DNA of 64,000 bases from Nitrospira sp. GTDB taxonomy: Bacteria; Nitrospirota; Nitrospiria; Nitrospirales; Nitrospiraceae. Where the stretch lies: NCBI GenBank assembly GCA_019636875.1, contig JAHBWR010000002.1, positions 10,277 to 74,276 on the forward strand. The letters are read 5' to 3'. The notes beneath the pieces were generated by a model. The model saw only the letters and a program-made list of their open reading frames with translations, had not been told where the DNA came from and ran no database searches. Positions 38,119-48,947 of this stretch are shown here, in pieces (position 1 is the stretch's first letter; each line of letters starts with the position of its first letter). The translations under genes and the position numbers were made by a program.

Positions 38119-40974
38119 ATGCATAGTGTGGAAAAAATACGACCTATTCTTTCCGATCGAGTTGAAACAGAAGAGCCTGTTCAGGTTTTCACTCGTTCAA
38201 AGCTGGATGCTCTCCGGTTGGTGAGAGAGGCCTCGACTCTGTTTCGAGATGCCTGGATGCCATTGGAGGTATGTCTGTCTCTTCGTGATCAGACGACAAC
38301 CGAGTGTGAGGGTGAGGATCCGCTCGCGACACTGTTCCAGCGTGTGCGGGGAACCGTGGGGCGATTTCGAAATACAAAACTGCAGCAACTACTCACGTCT
38401 GAACCCGTAGATGGGTGGGCGCTGTGTGCAGAAACTCTGGATTATCTCGTAGACAGGATAGAGCACGATCGTCCAACTGCAATACTGGAATTCGGGAGCG
38501 GAACAAGTTCTCTCGCGCTGGCTTGGGCAATGACGTGCTTGCATGGGCAGTCGTCGACACCTCGTGTATTCAGCATCGATCAGTCAATGCCCCATATTGA
38601 ACAAATCCAAGGGGTGCTGCGGCGGCATCATCTTGCCGACGCCGTCCGCTTTCTCCATGCCGATCTCTCCATGCAAACCATCGGGTCGCGAGCGGTTCGC
38701 TGTTATGCCTTACCGCCTAAAACCATTGAAGAATTTCTGGGGGGAACACGGCCGGAGATGATCCTCATCGATGGACCTGCAGGGGAAAACGGGATTCGGT
38801 TCGGAACCGTCCCGCTCGTCAACAACATTGTGGCTCCTTACGCGGTGCTGTATCTCGATGATGGACTTCGCGACAGTGAACTCGATACGGCAGATCAGTG
38901 GAATCGGTTAGGCTATGTCCGATGGAAGGGAATCCGTTGGGAAGGGAAAGGTTTACTGAGTGGAAACGTACGCCCGGTCCTGCATGCACGAAGACGACGG
39001 TGGTTGGAACAGGTGGAAAGTACGATCCAATCACGGTCTTGGAGCGCGCCGTGGAGGGAGCCTACTGCCTTAGAGCAGAACGAGCCCAGCGCGAGGGTAC
39101 TATCTATGTCTTCAGGTCAGCAGCCTGTGACCGCCCATGCGGCGGCAGGCGCTGCAATAGCAGCGCGTACCAGCAAAGAATTGCCAAGGTGCTTGTTTGT
39201 GAATACCTATTATCCGGGGTTTCTGGACCAACACTATGCCGTTCATTCAGCACTCCGATCGGCGCCCTACGAAACACAGCATGAAGCTCTTCAGGCAGCC
39301 TGCTTCGGGGATAGTGATTATTATTCTGTCGGCTTGCAAGCCGCTGGATGGGTGGCGCAGGAGGTGATCGCAAATTGTGTTCCACTGCAACGGCAGTGGG
39401 CACTCGAACAGGGATTGGACTCTACGGCAACGCCGTTGCAAACGACGCTCAACCAGATCGCCAAGGTGCGACCCCATGTTCTGTATGTGCAAGACCTCAG
39501 TGTCGCGACTAAAGAATTCCTTGCTGCAGTTCGTGCATATGTCCATTTGATTGTCGGTCAGATTGCGTCGCCCATTCCGTCTCAGACACATCTGGATGGA
39601 TTCGACATCCTGATCTCCTCGTTTCCTCATTTTGTTGAGTTGTTCCGGAAACAAGGGCGTCTGTCTTACTACCAGCCGTTGGCGTTCGATCCGCGGGTAC
39701 TCATGCGATTGGGGAGTCATCAACGCCGTCATGCCTTGACGTTTGTCGGAGGCGTTTCGCCAGCCCATCAAGGGCGCTATGACTTGCTAACTGCCATGGC
39801 CAAAGCGGTCCCCATCCAGTTCTGGGGGTATGGCACGCAGGCATTACGTAAGCACGGAGTTGAAGAGAGTCGGATTCATGGTGAGGCGTGGGGCTTGGAC
39901 ATGTTCACAGTGCTCGCCGAGTCTAAGATCACTCTCAACCATCACATCGACGTCGCGCAATCGAATGCGAACAACATGCGACTGTTCGAGGCTACGGGGT
40001 GTGGCGCACTCCTTGTGACGGATTACAAAGACAATTTGAGTGATCTGTTTGATATAGGCTCCGAGCTTGTCGCATACCGGTCCGTGACGGAGTGCGCAGA
40101 CCTCATGCAGTATTACCTCACCCATCCGGATGAGGCAGCGGCCATCGCCGACCGTGGACAGGCGAGAACGCTTCGGGATCATACCTACGAAATCAGAATG
40201 CGTCAGACTGCAGAGTTGTTGTCTAGGCATTTGGAGATCAAGATCGGATCTCATCGTCTTCCGGATCCCGATCTCGGTCGGATTTCGTATGGTCGACGAG
40301 AAATCCAGTCTGATGAGGTCACGGCCGAACTTGCCCAATCCTGGCAATCAGATCGCATTCCACTGAAGCAACGAGCGTTGGTTCAGCGTGAGTTGCTCGA
40401 TATGTATCGGGGAAATCCTCCTGTCGTATTTCGGGCCCTTGCCGACGCCATCCGACCTTATGTCAGGCCGCACGTCGGCGTACTGGAGATCGGTTGTGCA
40501 AGCGGCTACTACTACGAAGTGTTGGAGTATCTGCTCAATACACGCCTTGCCTATCTTGGTGTCGATTTTTCCGATGCCATGATTCGTACTGCCCGTGCCT
40601 ACTATCCACACGCTCGGTTTGAGATTGGAGACGGCAGCGCGCTGCGGTTTCAGGATCGATCTGTTCCTATTGTTGTGTCGTCGTGTGTCTTGCTGCATGT
40701 GCGTGAGTACGCCTTGCACATTGCTGAGGCGGCGAGGGTGGCTTCAGAAATCATCGTCTTTCACCGGACACCCGTCGCACGCCAAGCGGCAACCAAACAC
40801 TTCACAAAATTCGCGTATGGGGTAGAAACCTTTGAGATTCGGTTCAACGAAACGGAATTCTTCAGGCTCTGTCGCGAGGTCGGTATGGAGTTCATCACAA
40901 TGGTGGACATTTCCAGTGATCCTACGCGGGATGAATTTGAGATGACCTATGTCTTTCGTGCACCTCAATCGTAG
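38119..40974 (+). CDS. Multidomain methyltransferase / CgeB-like glycosyltransferase / methyltransferase
   Basis: ILEFGSGTSS..LIDGP..LDD (SAM MTase); NNMRLFEATGCG..HTY (CgeB-type GT-B); VLEIGCASG..GVDFS (SAM MTase). Confidence 0.85.
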   Translation: MHSVEKIRPILSDRVETEEPVQVFTRSKLDALRLVREASTLFRDAWMPLEVCLSLRDQTTTECEGEDPLATLFQRVRGTVGRFRNTKLQQLLTSEPVDGWALCAETLDYLVDRIEHDRPTAILEFGSGTSSLALAWAMTCLHGQSSTPRVFSIDQSMPHIEQIQGVLRRHHLADAVRFLHADLSMQTIGSRAVRCYALPPKTIEEFLGGTRPEMILIDGPAGENGIRFGTVPLVNNIVAPYAVLYLDDGLRDSELDTADQWNRLGYVRWKGIRWEGKGLLSGNVRPVLHARRRRWLEQVESTIQSRSWSAPWREPTALEQNEPSARVLSMSSGQQPVTAHAAAGAAIAARTSKELPRCLFVNTYYPGFLDQHYAVHSALRSAPYETQHEALQAACFGDSDYYSVGLQAAGWVAQEVIANCVPLQRQWALEQGLDSTATPLQTTLNQIAKVRPHVLYVQDLSVATKEFLAAVRAYVHLIVGQIASPIPSQTHLDGFDILISSFPHFVELFRKQGRLSYYQPLAFDPRVLMRLGSHQRRHALTFVGGVSPAHQGRYDLLTAMAKAVPIQFWGYGTQALRKHGVEESRIHGEAWGLDMFTVLAESKITLNHHIDVAQSNANNMRLFEATGCGALLVTDYKDNLSDLFDIGSELVAYRSVTECADLMQYYLTHPDEAAAIADRGQARTLRDHTYEIRMRQTAELLSRHLEIKIGSHRLPDPDLGRISYGRREIQSDEVTAELAQSWQSDRIPLKQRALVQRELLDMYRGNPPVVFRALADAIRPYVRPHVGVLEIGCASGYYYEVLEYLLNTRLAYLGVDFSDAMIRTARAYYPHARFEIGDGSALRFQDRSVPIVVSSCVLLHVREYALHIAEAARVASEIIVFHRTPVARQAATKHFTKFAYGVETFEIRFNETEFFRLCREVGMEFITMVDISSDPTRDEFEMTYVFRAPQS

Positions 40975-41977
40975 CTCGAACTCGTTTCGTGGCGCTCAGG
41001 TTCTCATTACTGGAGGCCTAGGGTTCATCGGATCGAACTTGGCAATCAGGCTGGTTCGTGAAGGTGCGGAGGTGATAGTGGTCGACAGCATGATTCCAGA
41101 GTATGGAGGTCATCTCTGGAATATCGAACCGGTCCGAGACCAGATCAGAGTCAACATCGCCGATGTTCGCGATGAACACGCCATGAGATATCTGCTCGCT
41201 CGCAGTGAGTACTTATTCAACCTGGCCGGGCAAACAAGCCATCTTGATTCGATGGATCATCCCTATCAGGACCTGGATATCAATGCGAAGGCACAGTTAT
41301 CTCTCCTGGAATGCTGCCGGCACTACAATCGCAACATCAAAATCGTCTTTGCGGGGACACGCCAGATCTATGGGAAGCCACGCTATGTGCCGGTTGATGA
41401 ACAGCACCCGCTCGACCCGGTCGATGTTAATGGCATTAATAAATTGGCCGGCGAGTTGTATCACCAACTCTATCATCGGGTGTATGGCATCAAAACCGTC
41501 GTTCTGCGGCTGACGAATACGTATGGGCCTCGGATGCGGGTTGTCGATGCACGGCAGACATTTCTCGGTATCTGGATTCGAAATATTCTCGAGGGTCGTC
41601 CGATCGCCATTTTCGGGAGCGGTGCACAAGTGAGGGATTTCAACTATGTCGATGATGTCGTGGATGCATTGATGCTGGCCGCCCTCTCAAGCGAGAGCGC
41701 AGGAGAAACCTATAACCTTGGAGCCGAGCAGCCGATCAGCCTCAAGGAGACCGCCGAGTTATTAATACGATGTCATGGGCGTGGGACGTACCAACTAGTG
41801 CCGTTCCCTCCGGAACGGAAGTCTATCGACATTGGAGACTACTACGGCGACTTTCGAAAGATCAGCAGTCACCTGAACTGGAAACCATCCGTCTCGCTAG
41901 CTGATGGTCTCATGCAGACCCTAACCTATTATGAGAAACATGGGCACCGATATTGGCCTACAGCCGATGCCGCCTAG
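40949..41977 (+). CDS. NAD-dependent nucleotide-sugar epimerase/dehydratase (extended SDR)
   Basis: [30 protein letters not shown]; active-site motif reads NGINK. Confidence 0.9.
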   Translation: MSFVHLNRSSNSFRGAQVLITGGLGFIGSNLAIRLVREGAEVIVVDSMIPEYGGHLWNIEPVRDQIRVNIADVRDEHAMRYLLARSEYLFNLAGQTSHLDSMDHPYQDLDINAKAQLSLLECCRHYNRNIKIVFAGTRQIYGKPRYVPVDEQHPLDPVDVNGINKLAGELYHQLYHRVYGIKTVVLRLTNTYGPRMRVVDARQTFLGIWIRNILEGRPIAIFGSGAQVRDFNYVDDVVDALMLAALSSESAGETYNLGAEQPISLKETAELLIRCHGRGTYQLVPFPPERKSIDIGDYYGDFRKISSHLNWKPSVSLADGLMQTLTYYEKHGHRYWPTADAA

Positions 41978-43118
41978 CACTATCCTCGTCGCCGACCCTG
42001 GGGCAGGCGTACGATGTGAACGAGAGATACTGCTCTCGGCCATGGATCGTGTGTTGGGTGGCGGCCAGTATATTCTTGGCCCAGAAGTCCACTCCTTTGA
42101 ACAGGAGTGGGCGGGGTATCTTGGAGTCTCTCACTGCGTTGGGGTGGCGAATGGCACGGATGCGCTCGCTTTGGCTCTGAAGGCGACAGGGGTGCAGGCC
42201 GGGGATGAAGTCATCACGGTGTCCCATACCGCCGTGGCCACCATCGTCGCGATCGAGGCAATTGGAGCGATCCCGGTATTTGTCGATATCGATCCGACTA
42301 CGCGGTGCATGGATCCTGGTCTTCTCAAGGCGGCAATCACGTCGCGCACGCGTGCGATCGTTCCGGTGCATATGTATGGCCAGCCGGCGCCGATGAACAA
42401 CATTCTCTCTCTAGCTCGTCGATTTCACTGTTGGGTTGTCGAAGACTGTGCTCAAGCCCACGGGGCCGCGATCGGTGAGAAGAAGGTCGGAAGCTTTGGG
42501 GATGCCGCCGCATTCAGTTTCTATCCGACCAAGAACTTGGGGGCGATCGGTGATGCCGGCGCGGTGGTATGCCAGAGTCCAGTGATCGAGTCGCGTCTCC
42601 GCGCACTGCGTCAATATGGCTGGCGCGATCGGTATGTGAGTGAGGATGTGGGAACCAATTCCCGGCTGGACGAGCTCCAGGCGGCCATTCTTCGAGTGAA
42701 ACTCCGTCATCTCGACCAACGGAACCGCACGCGGAGGGCTATCGCTGAGCGGTATCGGGGTGCACTTGCGTCGACTGGTGCGGTCCCGCCACCGACCATT
42801 CCCGGCACAACTCATGCGATGCATCTGTTTGTCTTAGAAAGCGAGCAGCGAGAACGCTTGGCAACATACCTTTCTGAGGTAAATATCGCGACGGCACGGC
42901 ATTATCCAGTCCCGGTGCACCGGCAGCCCGCATATGTGGGACGAATTACTGGAGCGGATCGATTGCCAGTGACGGAGGCGCTTTACCAGCGAATCTTGAC
43001 AATCCCCTGCCACCCGGAGCTGACCGATGAGCAAGTGCAGCGGGTCTGTGATCGATTGCAGACCTGGTCCGAAGTCACGTCGTCATCGCTTCATGTATTG
43101 GAGAAGACAGCCTCATGA
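41967..43118 (+). CDS. DegT/DnrJ/EryC1/StrS PLP-dependent sugar aminotransferase
   Basis: [33 protein letters not shown]. Confidence 0.95.
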   Translation: MPPSTILVADPGAGVRCEREILLSAMDRVLGGGQYILGPEVHSFEQEWAGYLGVSHCVGVANGTDALALALKATGVQAGDEVITVSHTAVATIVAIEAIGAIPVFVDIDPTTRCMDPGLLKAAITSRTRAIVPVHMYGQPAPMNNILSLARRFHCWVVEDCAQAHGAAIGEKKVGSFGDAAAFSFYPTKNLGAIGDAGAVVCQSPVIESRLRALRQYGWRDRYVSEDVGTNSRLDELQAAILRVKLRHLDQRNRTRRAIAERYRGALASTGAVPPPTIPGTTHAMHLFVLESEQRERLATYLSEVNIATARHYPVPVHRQPAYVGRITGADRLPVTEALYQRILTIPCHPELTDEQVQRVCDRLQTWSEVTSSSLHVLEKTAS

Positions 43119-46100
43119 CACGCTACTATTGCACATATTTTGATCGGAAGTATCTGACGCGGGGTGTGGCTTTGATCGAATCGTTGCGACGGACGGAAGC
43201 AACGAATTGGGAGATTTTCGTCGTCTGTATGGATGAAATAACCGCAGTCGTATTACGGAGTCTGTCGTTGCCTAATGTTCGTCTTCTCCCAGTGCATGAG
43301 ATCGAGGCGCGAGACCACGAACTCCTAGCCGTGAAACCTGCACGAACGGTGGTTGAATATTATTGGACTATGACACCGACGGTCATTCTTCGCATTCTGG
43401 AACGGAATCCGGAAGTGAACCAGTTGACCTATCTAGATGCCGATCTCTTGTTCTTCTCCTCACCCCAGCCGCTGTTTGACGAACTGCGTGACGGATCAAT
43501 TCTGATCCACGAGCATCGCTTTTCTCCGGCTCAGGCTCAACTGGGAGCAGGGAACGGCAAGTACAATGTCGGGCTCCTCTCATTCAATAGGACGGCGACT
43601 GCGTTCAAGGCACTGCAGTGGTGGAGAGCGCGATGCTTGGAGTGGTGTTTCGCACGGAGTGAGAACGGGAAAATGGGCGATCAGATGTATCTAAACGATT
43701 GGCCTGAGCGATTCAAGGACGTCGTCGTTCTGGCGAACCATGGCGGTGGAGTCGGTCCGTGGAACCACGATCAATATCGCTTTCAAAAGGATGAAAACGG
43801 TTTGCCCTGGGTCAACGAGGTTCCAGTTATCTTCTACCACTTCCATTCCTTCACTCAAGTGACCGACGATGTGGCACTCCCGGTCAAGCATGCACACTAT
43901 CCCTTGCCATGGACGGCATTGACGTACTGTTTTACTCCGTATCTGCAGGCTCTCGAGCAAGCGACGCAGCAGGTTCGGTCTCTGTTCCCACAAGGCCTCT
44001 GGCATCTATGTCCAGAACAACTCGTCACCTCGCAACACACTGTTCTCGTCCGACGGTCAGTATCCGTATCGCGTGACACCGCGCGGAGCGCTCACGAGCG
44101 GATTCAGTTGGATGCAGAATGGGACTGTGTGTGTTCAAACCAGGTTCTTGGGCGTCCCGCGACATCGACTCTTTTCGTACATGGCGTGAGGGGGAAGACG
44201 GTTGCACAATCGGGAGACTCTCATGGATTCGAGAAGCCTGCTTCAGGTTCTGCTTCCAGTATTGAAGGGAGTCGCATTCGACAATCGGTCGGTGTGAGTG
44301 AGATAGGACAGCTATACGAAAGCTTGGCGAGGTTGATGCAAGCGTGCGCAACTCTCTCAGCGGAACTGGCTCGATCTGGATCCAATCCAGTCGGTTTGAA
44401 TCAAGCGCTCATGGATTGGACGAAGGCGAATGCTCACGATCCGATGGTGGTACAAGTCATTCGTCAGCTCCAGCAGCGTGATCCCTATCTATTGGCGTTT
44501 TTACCGCAACGGCTGCAGTTGGCAATGGGCTATGTCACTCGTCCTCTCCAAGATCTCGTGGCCTGGTTGGGAACCTCGAACGAAACAACCAATCTCACGT
44601 ATGATTTAACTCCCGCAAACACCATCCACTTGGCATGGATGCTGTCTCTGGTTACATCCATGCCTCTTTCAGCGATCCAAGGATTTCTCACTGAGTTGGA
44701 TGAGGATGTCCACCTGAAAAGCCATATCAAGCAGCAGACCGCCAGCAGTCCCAAACGGTTGACGGCCGATGCCGAGGCTCGATATGGCCGGCGCGCTGGA
44801 TGGTATGCCCTCGTTCGCGCATTAAAACCAAAAGTTGTGGTCGAGACCGGAGTTGATAAGGGCTTGGGGACCTGTGTGCTGGCAGCGGCACTGATGAAAA
44901 ACCGCGATGAGGGACATGGGGGCCGTCTCATCGCGACAGATATTGATCCGACAGCCGGGTTTCTCTTTGCCAGTCCTTATGATCAGGTCGGAAAGATCAT
45001 GTATGGAGACTCGATCGCAACCCTGACGGGTATGCGGGAGGCCATCGACCTCTTTATCGCAGATAGCGCGCATACGGCTGAGTATGAACGTGGAGAATAC
45101 GAGACGGTACAGCAGCGGTTGGCGCCACAGGCAGTCATCGTCAGCGACAATGCGCACGTGACACAAGAGCTTGCCCATTTTGCCGAGCGCACGAGCCGCC
45201 AATTCCTGTACTTCCAAGAAAACCCGCGCGATCACTTTTATCCAGGCGCTGGCATGGGGATCGCCTACCGTGGACATTCCGCTCCCAAGGAGCACATCAA
45301 TGAGCAAGCAGACCTACGAGTTCTCAGAGTGGGAACACCAACACCCGATGAGACAGTCGATCCCGCTCGCAACGGGAGCTGTGATCCACTGGTGTCCGTT
45401 CTGGTGTCTGCTTACGAGTCCGAGGCCTTCATGCGCGAGTGCTTGGAAGATTTGGTACAGCAGACAATTGTGGATCAAATGGAGATCATCATTGTGGACG
45501 CGGCGTCTCCACAAGGTGAAGGCACAATTGTGAAGGCCTTTCAAGAACGCTATCACAACATTCAGTACATCAGAACTCCCGCTCGTATCGGCGTCTATGC
45601 CGCTTGGAACATTGCGATCAGGCGTGCGAAGGGGCGATACATTACTCCGTTCAGCACAAACGATCGTCTACGGCCCGACGCGTATGAAATCTTGTCGAAC
45701 AGTTTGAATCAGCACCCCGATGTATCGTTGGTTTACGGCGATACCTACCTGACGGATCTGCCGCACCAAACATTTGAGCGACATCAACGAATTGGCGTCT
45801 GGCATTGGCCGGAATACTCCTATGAATATTTGTTGACTCATTGCACGATCGGCCCCCATCCGATGTGGCGACGGCAGCTCCACGAAACAGTGGGCTATTT
45901 CGATGAGAGCTACATCGCACTTGGTGATCAGGATTTTTGGATTCGCGTCGGGGCACGGCACCCTATGCTGCATCTTCCCATCGTGACCGGCCTCTATTGG
46001 CGCTCAACGGATGGATTATCCAATCGCCCCGAGATTGTGGGACCTGAGCAACAGCGCTTGCGGGAGACGTACCCGAATGACTCTTCAGCGTCAAGTTCCC

Positions 46101-47746
46101 GTATCTCCACAGTCGATACCGTCAGGTATGACTGCTCGGTAATTATTCCGGTGTGGAACCGATGTGAACTGACGCGGCAATGTCTGGAGGCTCTGGTTAA
46201 GACGACCGATGACGTGTCATGGGAACTGATTGTGGTCGATAATCATTCGACGGACGAAACGGCGTCATTCCTTTGCAGTCTCGGAGGGGATGTTCAGATT
46301 ATCACCAACCAGGACAATCTGGGATTCGCTAAAGCCTGTAACCAAGGCGCGCGGGCGGCGCGCGGTAAGTATCTTGTCTTCTTGAATAACGATACGGTTC
46401 CGCAGCCTGGTTGGCTGAGTGCGCTGGTAGCGGAAGTAGACACACACCCGGAGGTTGGCGTTGTCGGTAGCAGACTGCTCTACCCTAATGGGACAATTCA
46501 ACATGCCGGCGTAGTCCGGGACTGCCAACATCGCCTGCCATACCACATCTACAAATCTTTTGCTGGCGACCATCCGGCCGTCAACCTACGACGTGAATTC
46601 CAAATTGTGACGGCTGCATGTCTCTTAATCCGTCGGTCGTTGTTTGAGGCGGTTAGTGGATTCGATGAGGGGTATATCAATGGTTTTGAAGATGCGGATC
46701 TTTGCCTAAAAGTAAGAGAACACGGATATCTGATTGTCTATCAGCCACGGAGCGTCGTTGTTCATCTCGAAAGCCAGACTCCTGAACGGAAGGGACATGA
46801 GCATTCCAATGCCGCTCGGTTCTTAGACCGATGGGGGGGGCAATGGTGGGCAGCGGACGAAGATCGGCAGTTCCACATCGATGGCTATAAACTGAAACGT
46901 ATTTTCCGTGATGGGAGCCTGGGAGGGGATATTCACCTGATCGGTGACATTAAGGATCGTGTCTCATGGTCGCATGTGGCGGCTGCACAAACCGCTGCGC
47001 TGAAAAAAGACTGGCTATCTGTGCGGCGCGAATTGGCCTTGGTCGATGACTGGCCACAGGACCTGTACGTCTTGTCCTGGGGGGCGATGGTGGCTGAGCG
47101 GCTGGACGAGTTAGCCTTACAGGTGAAGTTTCTCGACCGTTACCTGGAATTGCAGGATGATCTGCCGATGCGTCTTCAGGTCATCCATACGTTTCTGGAA
47201 CAACAGGATCTTGGAGCCGCTGACCGACATCTACAGAAGTTGTTGAGTGTGAGCCCCAATCACGCCGAAGGTCTGTTGCTAAAGGGGATCCTCGGCATGC
47301 AGCGCGAACAGTACGAGCAAGCCGAAGCAGCATTCGATTCGGCTATGCGTGCTGGGGCAGACAGGAAGAAATGTTTGATGGGAATGGGGATGGCTGCGAT
47401 GGGTAGGTCCTACACGCAAGGGGCGTGGGAGCGATTTGTTCGGATCCTAGCAGAGTATCCTGATGATGCTGAAGCGATTCATTGGTTGCTGCGAGCGGGG
47501 ACTGCGCAAAATCGTTGGCGGGAGCTGAGCGGACAGCTGCACGGCTATGTCGAGAGAAATCCAGAAGACGTCGCCATGCGATTTGCCTTTGCCAGCGTGT
47601 TGTTGCGTGGGGAGCAGATTGAGGCAGCCCGTCGGGAGTATGACACCCTTCGACAGATTGCGCCGAGCTATGACGGGTTGGATGAACTTGGTCGAGCCAT
47701 CACAGGGAGAGAAGCAGCGCTCGCACTCGAGGCCGCTTCGTCGTAG
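43115..47746 (+). CDS. Giant multidomain glycosyltransferase (GT-A, methyltransferase, GT2, GT2, TPR)
   Basis: [56 protein letters not shown]; helical TPR-like C-terminus. Confidence 0.87.
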   Translation: MTRYYCTYFDRKYLTRGVALIESLRRTEATNWEIFVVCMDEITAVVLRSLSLPNVRLLPVHEIEARDHELLAVKPARTVVEYYWTMTPTVILRILERNPEVNQLTYLDADLLFFSSPQPLFDELRDGSILIHEHRFSPAQAQLGAGNGKYNVGLLSFNRTATAFKALQWWRARCLEWCFARSENGKMGDQMYLNDWPERFKDVVVLANHGGGVGPWNHDQYRFQKDENGLPWVNEVPVIFYHFHSFTQVTDDVALPVKHAHYPLPWTALTYCFTPYLQALEQATQQVRSLFPQGLWHLCPEQLVTSQHTVLVRRSVSVSRDTARSAHERIQLDAEWDCVCSNQVLGRPATSTLFVHGVRGKTVAQSGDSHGFEKPASGSASSIEGSRIRQSVGVSEIGQLYESLARLMQACATLSAELARSGSNPVGLNQALMDWTKANAHDPMVVQVIRQLQQRDPYLLAFLPQRLQLAMGYVTRPLQDLVAWLGTSNETTNLTYDLTPANTIHLAWMLSLVTSMPLSAIQGFLTELDEDVHLKSHIKQQTASSPKRLTADAEARYGRRAGWYALVRALKPKVVVETGVDKGLGTCVLAAALMKNRDEGHGGRLIATDIDPTAGFLFASPYDQVGKIMYGDSIATLTGMREAIDLFIADSAHTAEYERGEYETVQQRLAPQAVIVSDNAHVTQELAHFAERTSRQFLYFQENPRDHFYPGAGMGIAYRGHSAPKEHINEQADLRVLRVGTPTPDETVDPARNGSCDPLVSVLVSAYESEAFMRECLEDLVQQTIVDQMEIIIVDAASPQGEGTIVKAFQERYHNIQYIRTPARIGVYAAWNIAIRRAKGRYITPFSTNDRLRPDAYEILSNSLNQHPDVSLVYGDTYLTDLPHQTFERHQRIGVWHWPEYSYEYLLTHCTIGPHPMWRRQLHETVGYFDESYIALGDQDFWIRVGARHPMLHLPIVTGLYWRSTDGLSNRPEIVGPEQQRLRETYPNDSSASSSRISTVDTVRYDCSVIIPVWNRCELTRQCLEALVKTTDDVSWELIVVDNHSTDETASFLCSLGGDVQIITNQDNLGFAKACNQGARAARGKYLVFLNNDTVPQPGWLSALVAEVDTHPEVGVVGSRLLYPNGTIQHAGVVRDCQHRLPYHIYKSFAGDHPAVNLRREFQIVTAACLLIRRSLFEAVSGFDEGYINGFEDADLCLKVREHGYLIVYQPRSVVVHLESQTPERKGHEHSNAARFLDRWGGQWWAADEDRQFHIDGYKLKRIFRDGSLGGDIHLIGDIKDRVSWSHVAAAQTAALKKDWLSVRRELALVDDWPQDLYVLSWGAMVAERLDELALQVKFLDRYLELQDDLPMRLQVIHTFLEQQDLGAADRHLQKLLSVSPNHAEGLLLKGILGMQREQYEQAEAAFDSAMRAGADRKKCLMGMGMAAMGRSYTQGAWERFVRILAEYPDDAEAIHWLLRAGTAQNRWRELSGQLHGYVERNPEDVAMRFAFASVLLRGEQIEAARREYDTLRQIAPSYDGLDELGRAITGREAALALEAASS

Positions 47747-47750
47747 CCGG

Positions 47751-48938
47751 ATGACGCCACGCGTCCTTGTGATTCAACTGGCCAGATTAGGGGATCTCGT
47801 GCAAACGATTCCTGCGATCACGGCGATGAAGATGTCTCACCCAGATTGGCAGATTGATCTCTTGTGCCCAAGGCAGTTGTCTGCCCTCGGCCGTCTCGTG
47901 CCTGGAATCTCGGAAGTCGTGCCCTGGGATGGCGCCGCATGGCATCGGCGAGCGGCGAACGCTGAAGAGGAGGTACGTGCCGAACATCTTGCTGAAGCCG
48001 GTGCCGGGATTCGTGCCATCAGCGAAGACCTCTATGACCGCGCGTGTATATTGAACCAACATCCTCGAGCGTTCCTAGCCGGCGCACTCCTCGCACGCGA
48101 GTCCGTTGGGGCCGTCAGCGGGAAGCCGTTGAACCATAAGTTGTCTCCATGGGCGGAGTACATCAGACGCGTGGCGATATCCAAACGCAGCCATCATGTT
48201 CATTTGGCTGACGCGTTTTGTGGCATGTGTGGCCTCTCACCACCGAATGACATCAGGCCGATACACCTTCCACCAACGGTCTTTCCCACCGATCTTGAGC
48301 CGATCGGGCAGTCGGATGGTGATTGGATTGGCCTGCTGGTCGGGGCGGGGGATCAGGAGCGATTGGTTCCGATTGGAGTCTGGGAGCGGCTGATTGTCGA
48401 GTGTCTGTCGATTCGCCCTGCCAGTCGCGTCGTGCTGATCGGGGATCAGCACGAACAAGAGCGGGCTCATCGTATTCAGGGAGCACTCTCTCCGTTGCTT
48501 CTGGGTCGGGTGTGGGACACCACTGGAAGATTCTCACTGGTTCAGCTGGCGAACCTTCTCGCTCGTTGTCGTGTTGTAGTCGGAACGGACACCGGTCCAC
48601 TTCATCTCGCAGCAGCGGTCGGGACCAGAGTGATCGGGTGGTATTTTGCCAGGGCTCGTGTGCATGAAACGGGGCCGTATGGTCCGAATCACTGGGTATG
48701 GCAGGCGGAGACGAAAGAGATGGATCGGATGGCCGCCATAAAGCCAACTCAATGGCCTATTGCTGAGACGATCGCCTTGCTCGGTGATGCCGCTGCTGCA
48801 TCGGTCGAGGACTGGTCGTTGTGGAGAAGTTACCGCGATGACCTGGGCGCCTATTATGTCGAGTCGGATCACGAGCCGATCGAGCCATGTGAACGGGCGC
48901 AGATCTGGCGGCAGCTGCAACCGTTGTCGGTGGCCTAA
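47751..48938 (+). CDS. GT9 (heptosyltransferase-like) glycosyltransferase
   Basis: QLARLGDLVQ, DTGPLHLAAAVG, ETGPYG. Confidence 0.88.
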   Translation: MTPRVLVIQLARLGDLVQTIPAITAMKMSHPDWQIDLLCPRQLSALGRLVPGISEVVPWDGAAWHRRAANAEEEVRAEHLAEAGAGIRAISEDLYDRACILNQHPRAFLAGALLARESVGAVSGKPLNHKLSPWAEYIRRVAISKRSHHVHLADAFCGMCGLSPPNDIRPIHLPPTVFPTDLEPIGQSDGDWIGLLVGAGDQERLVPIGVWERLIVECLSIRPASRVVLIGDQHEQERAHRIQGALSPLLLGRVWDTTGRFSLVQLANLLARCRVVVGTDTGPLHLAAAVGTRVIGWYFARARVHETGPYGPNHWVWQAETKEMDRMAAIKPTQWPIAETIALLGDAAAASVEDWSLWRSYRDDLGAYYVESDHEPIEPCERAQIWRQLQPLSVA

Positions 48939-48947
48939 GAGGATGTA

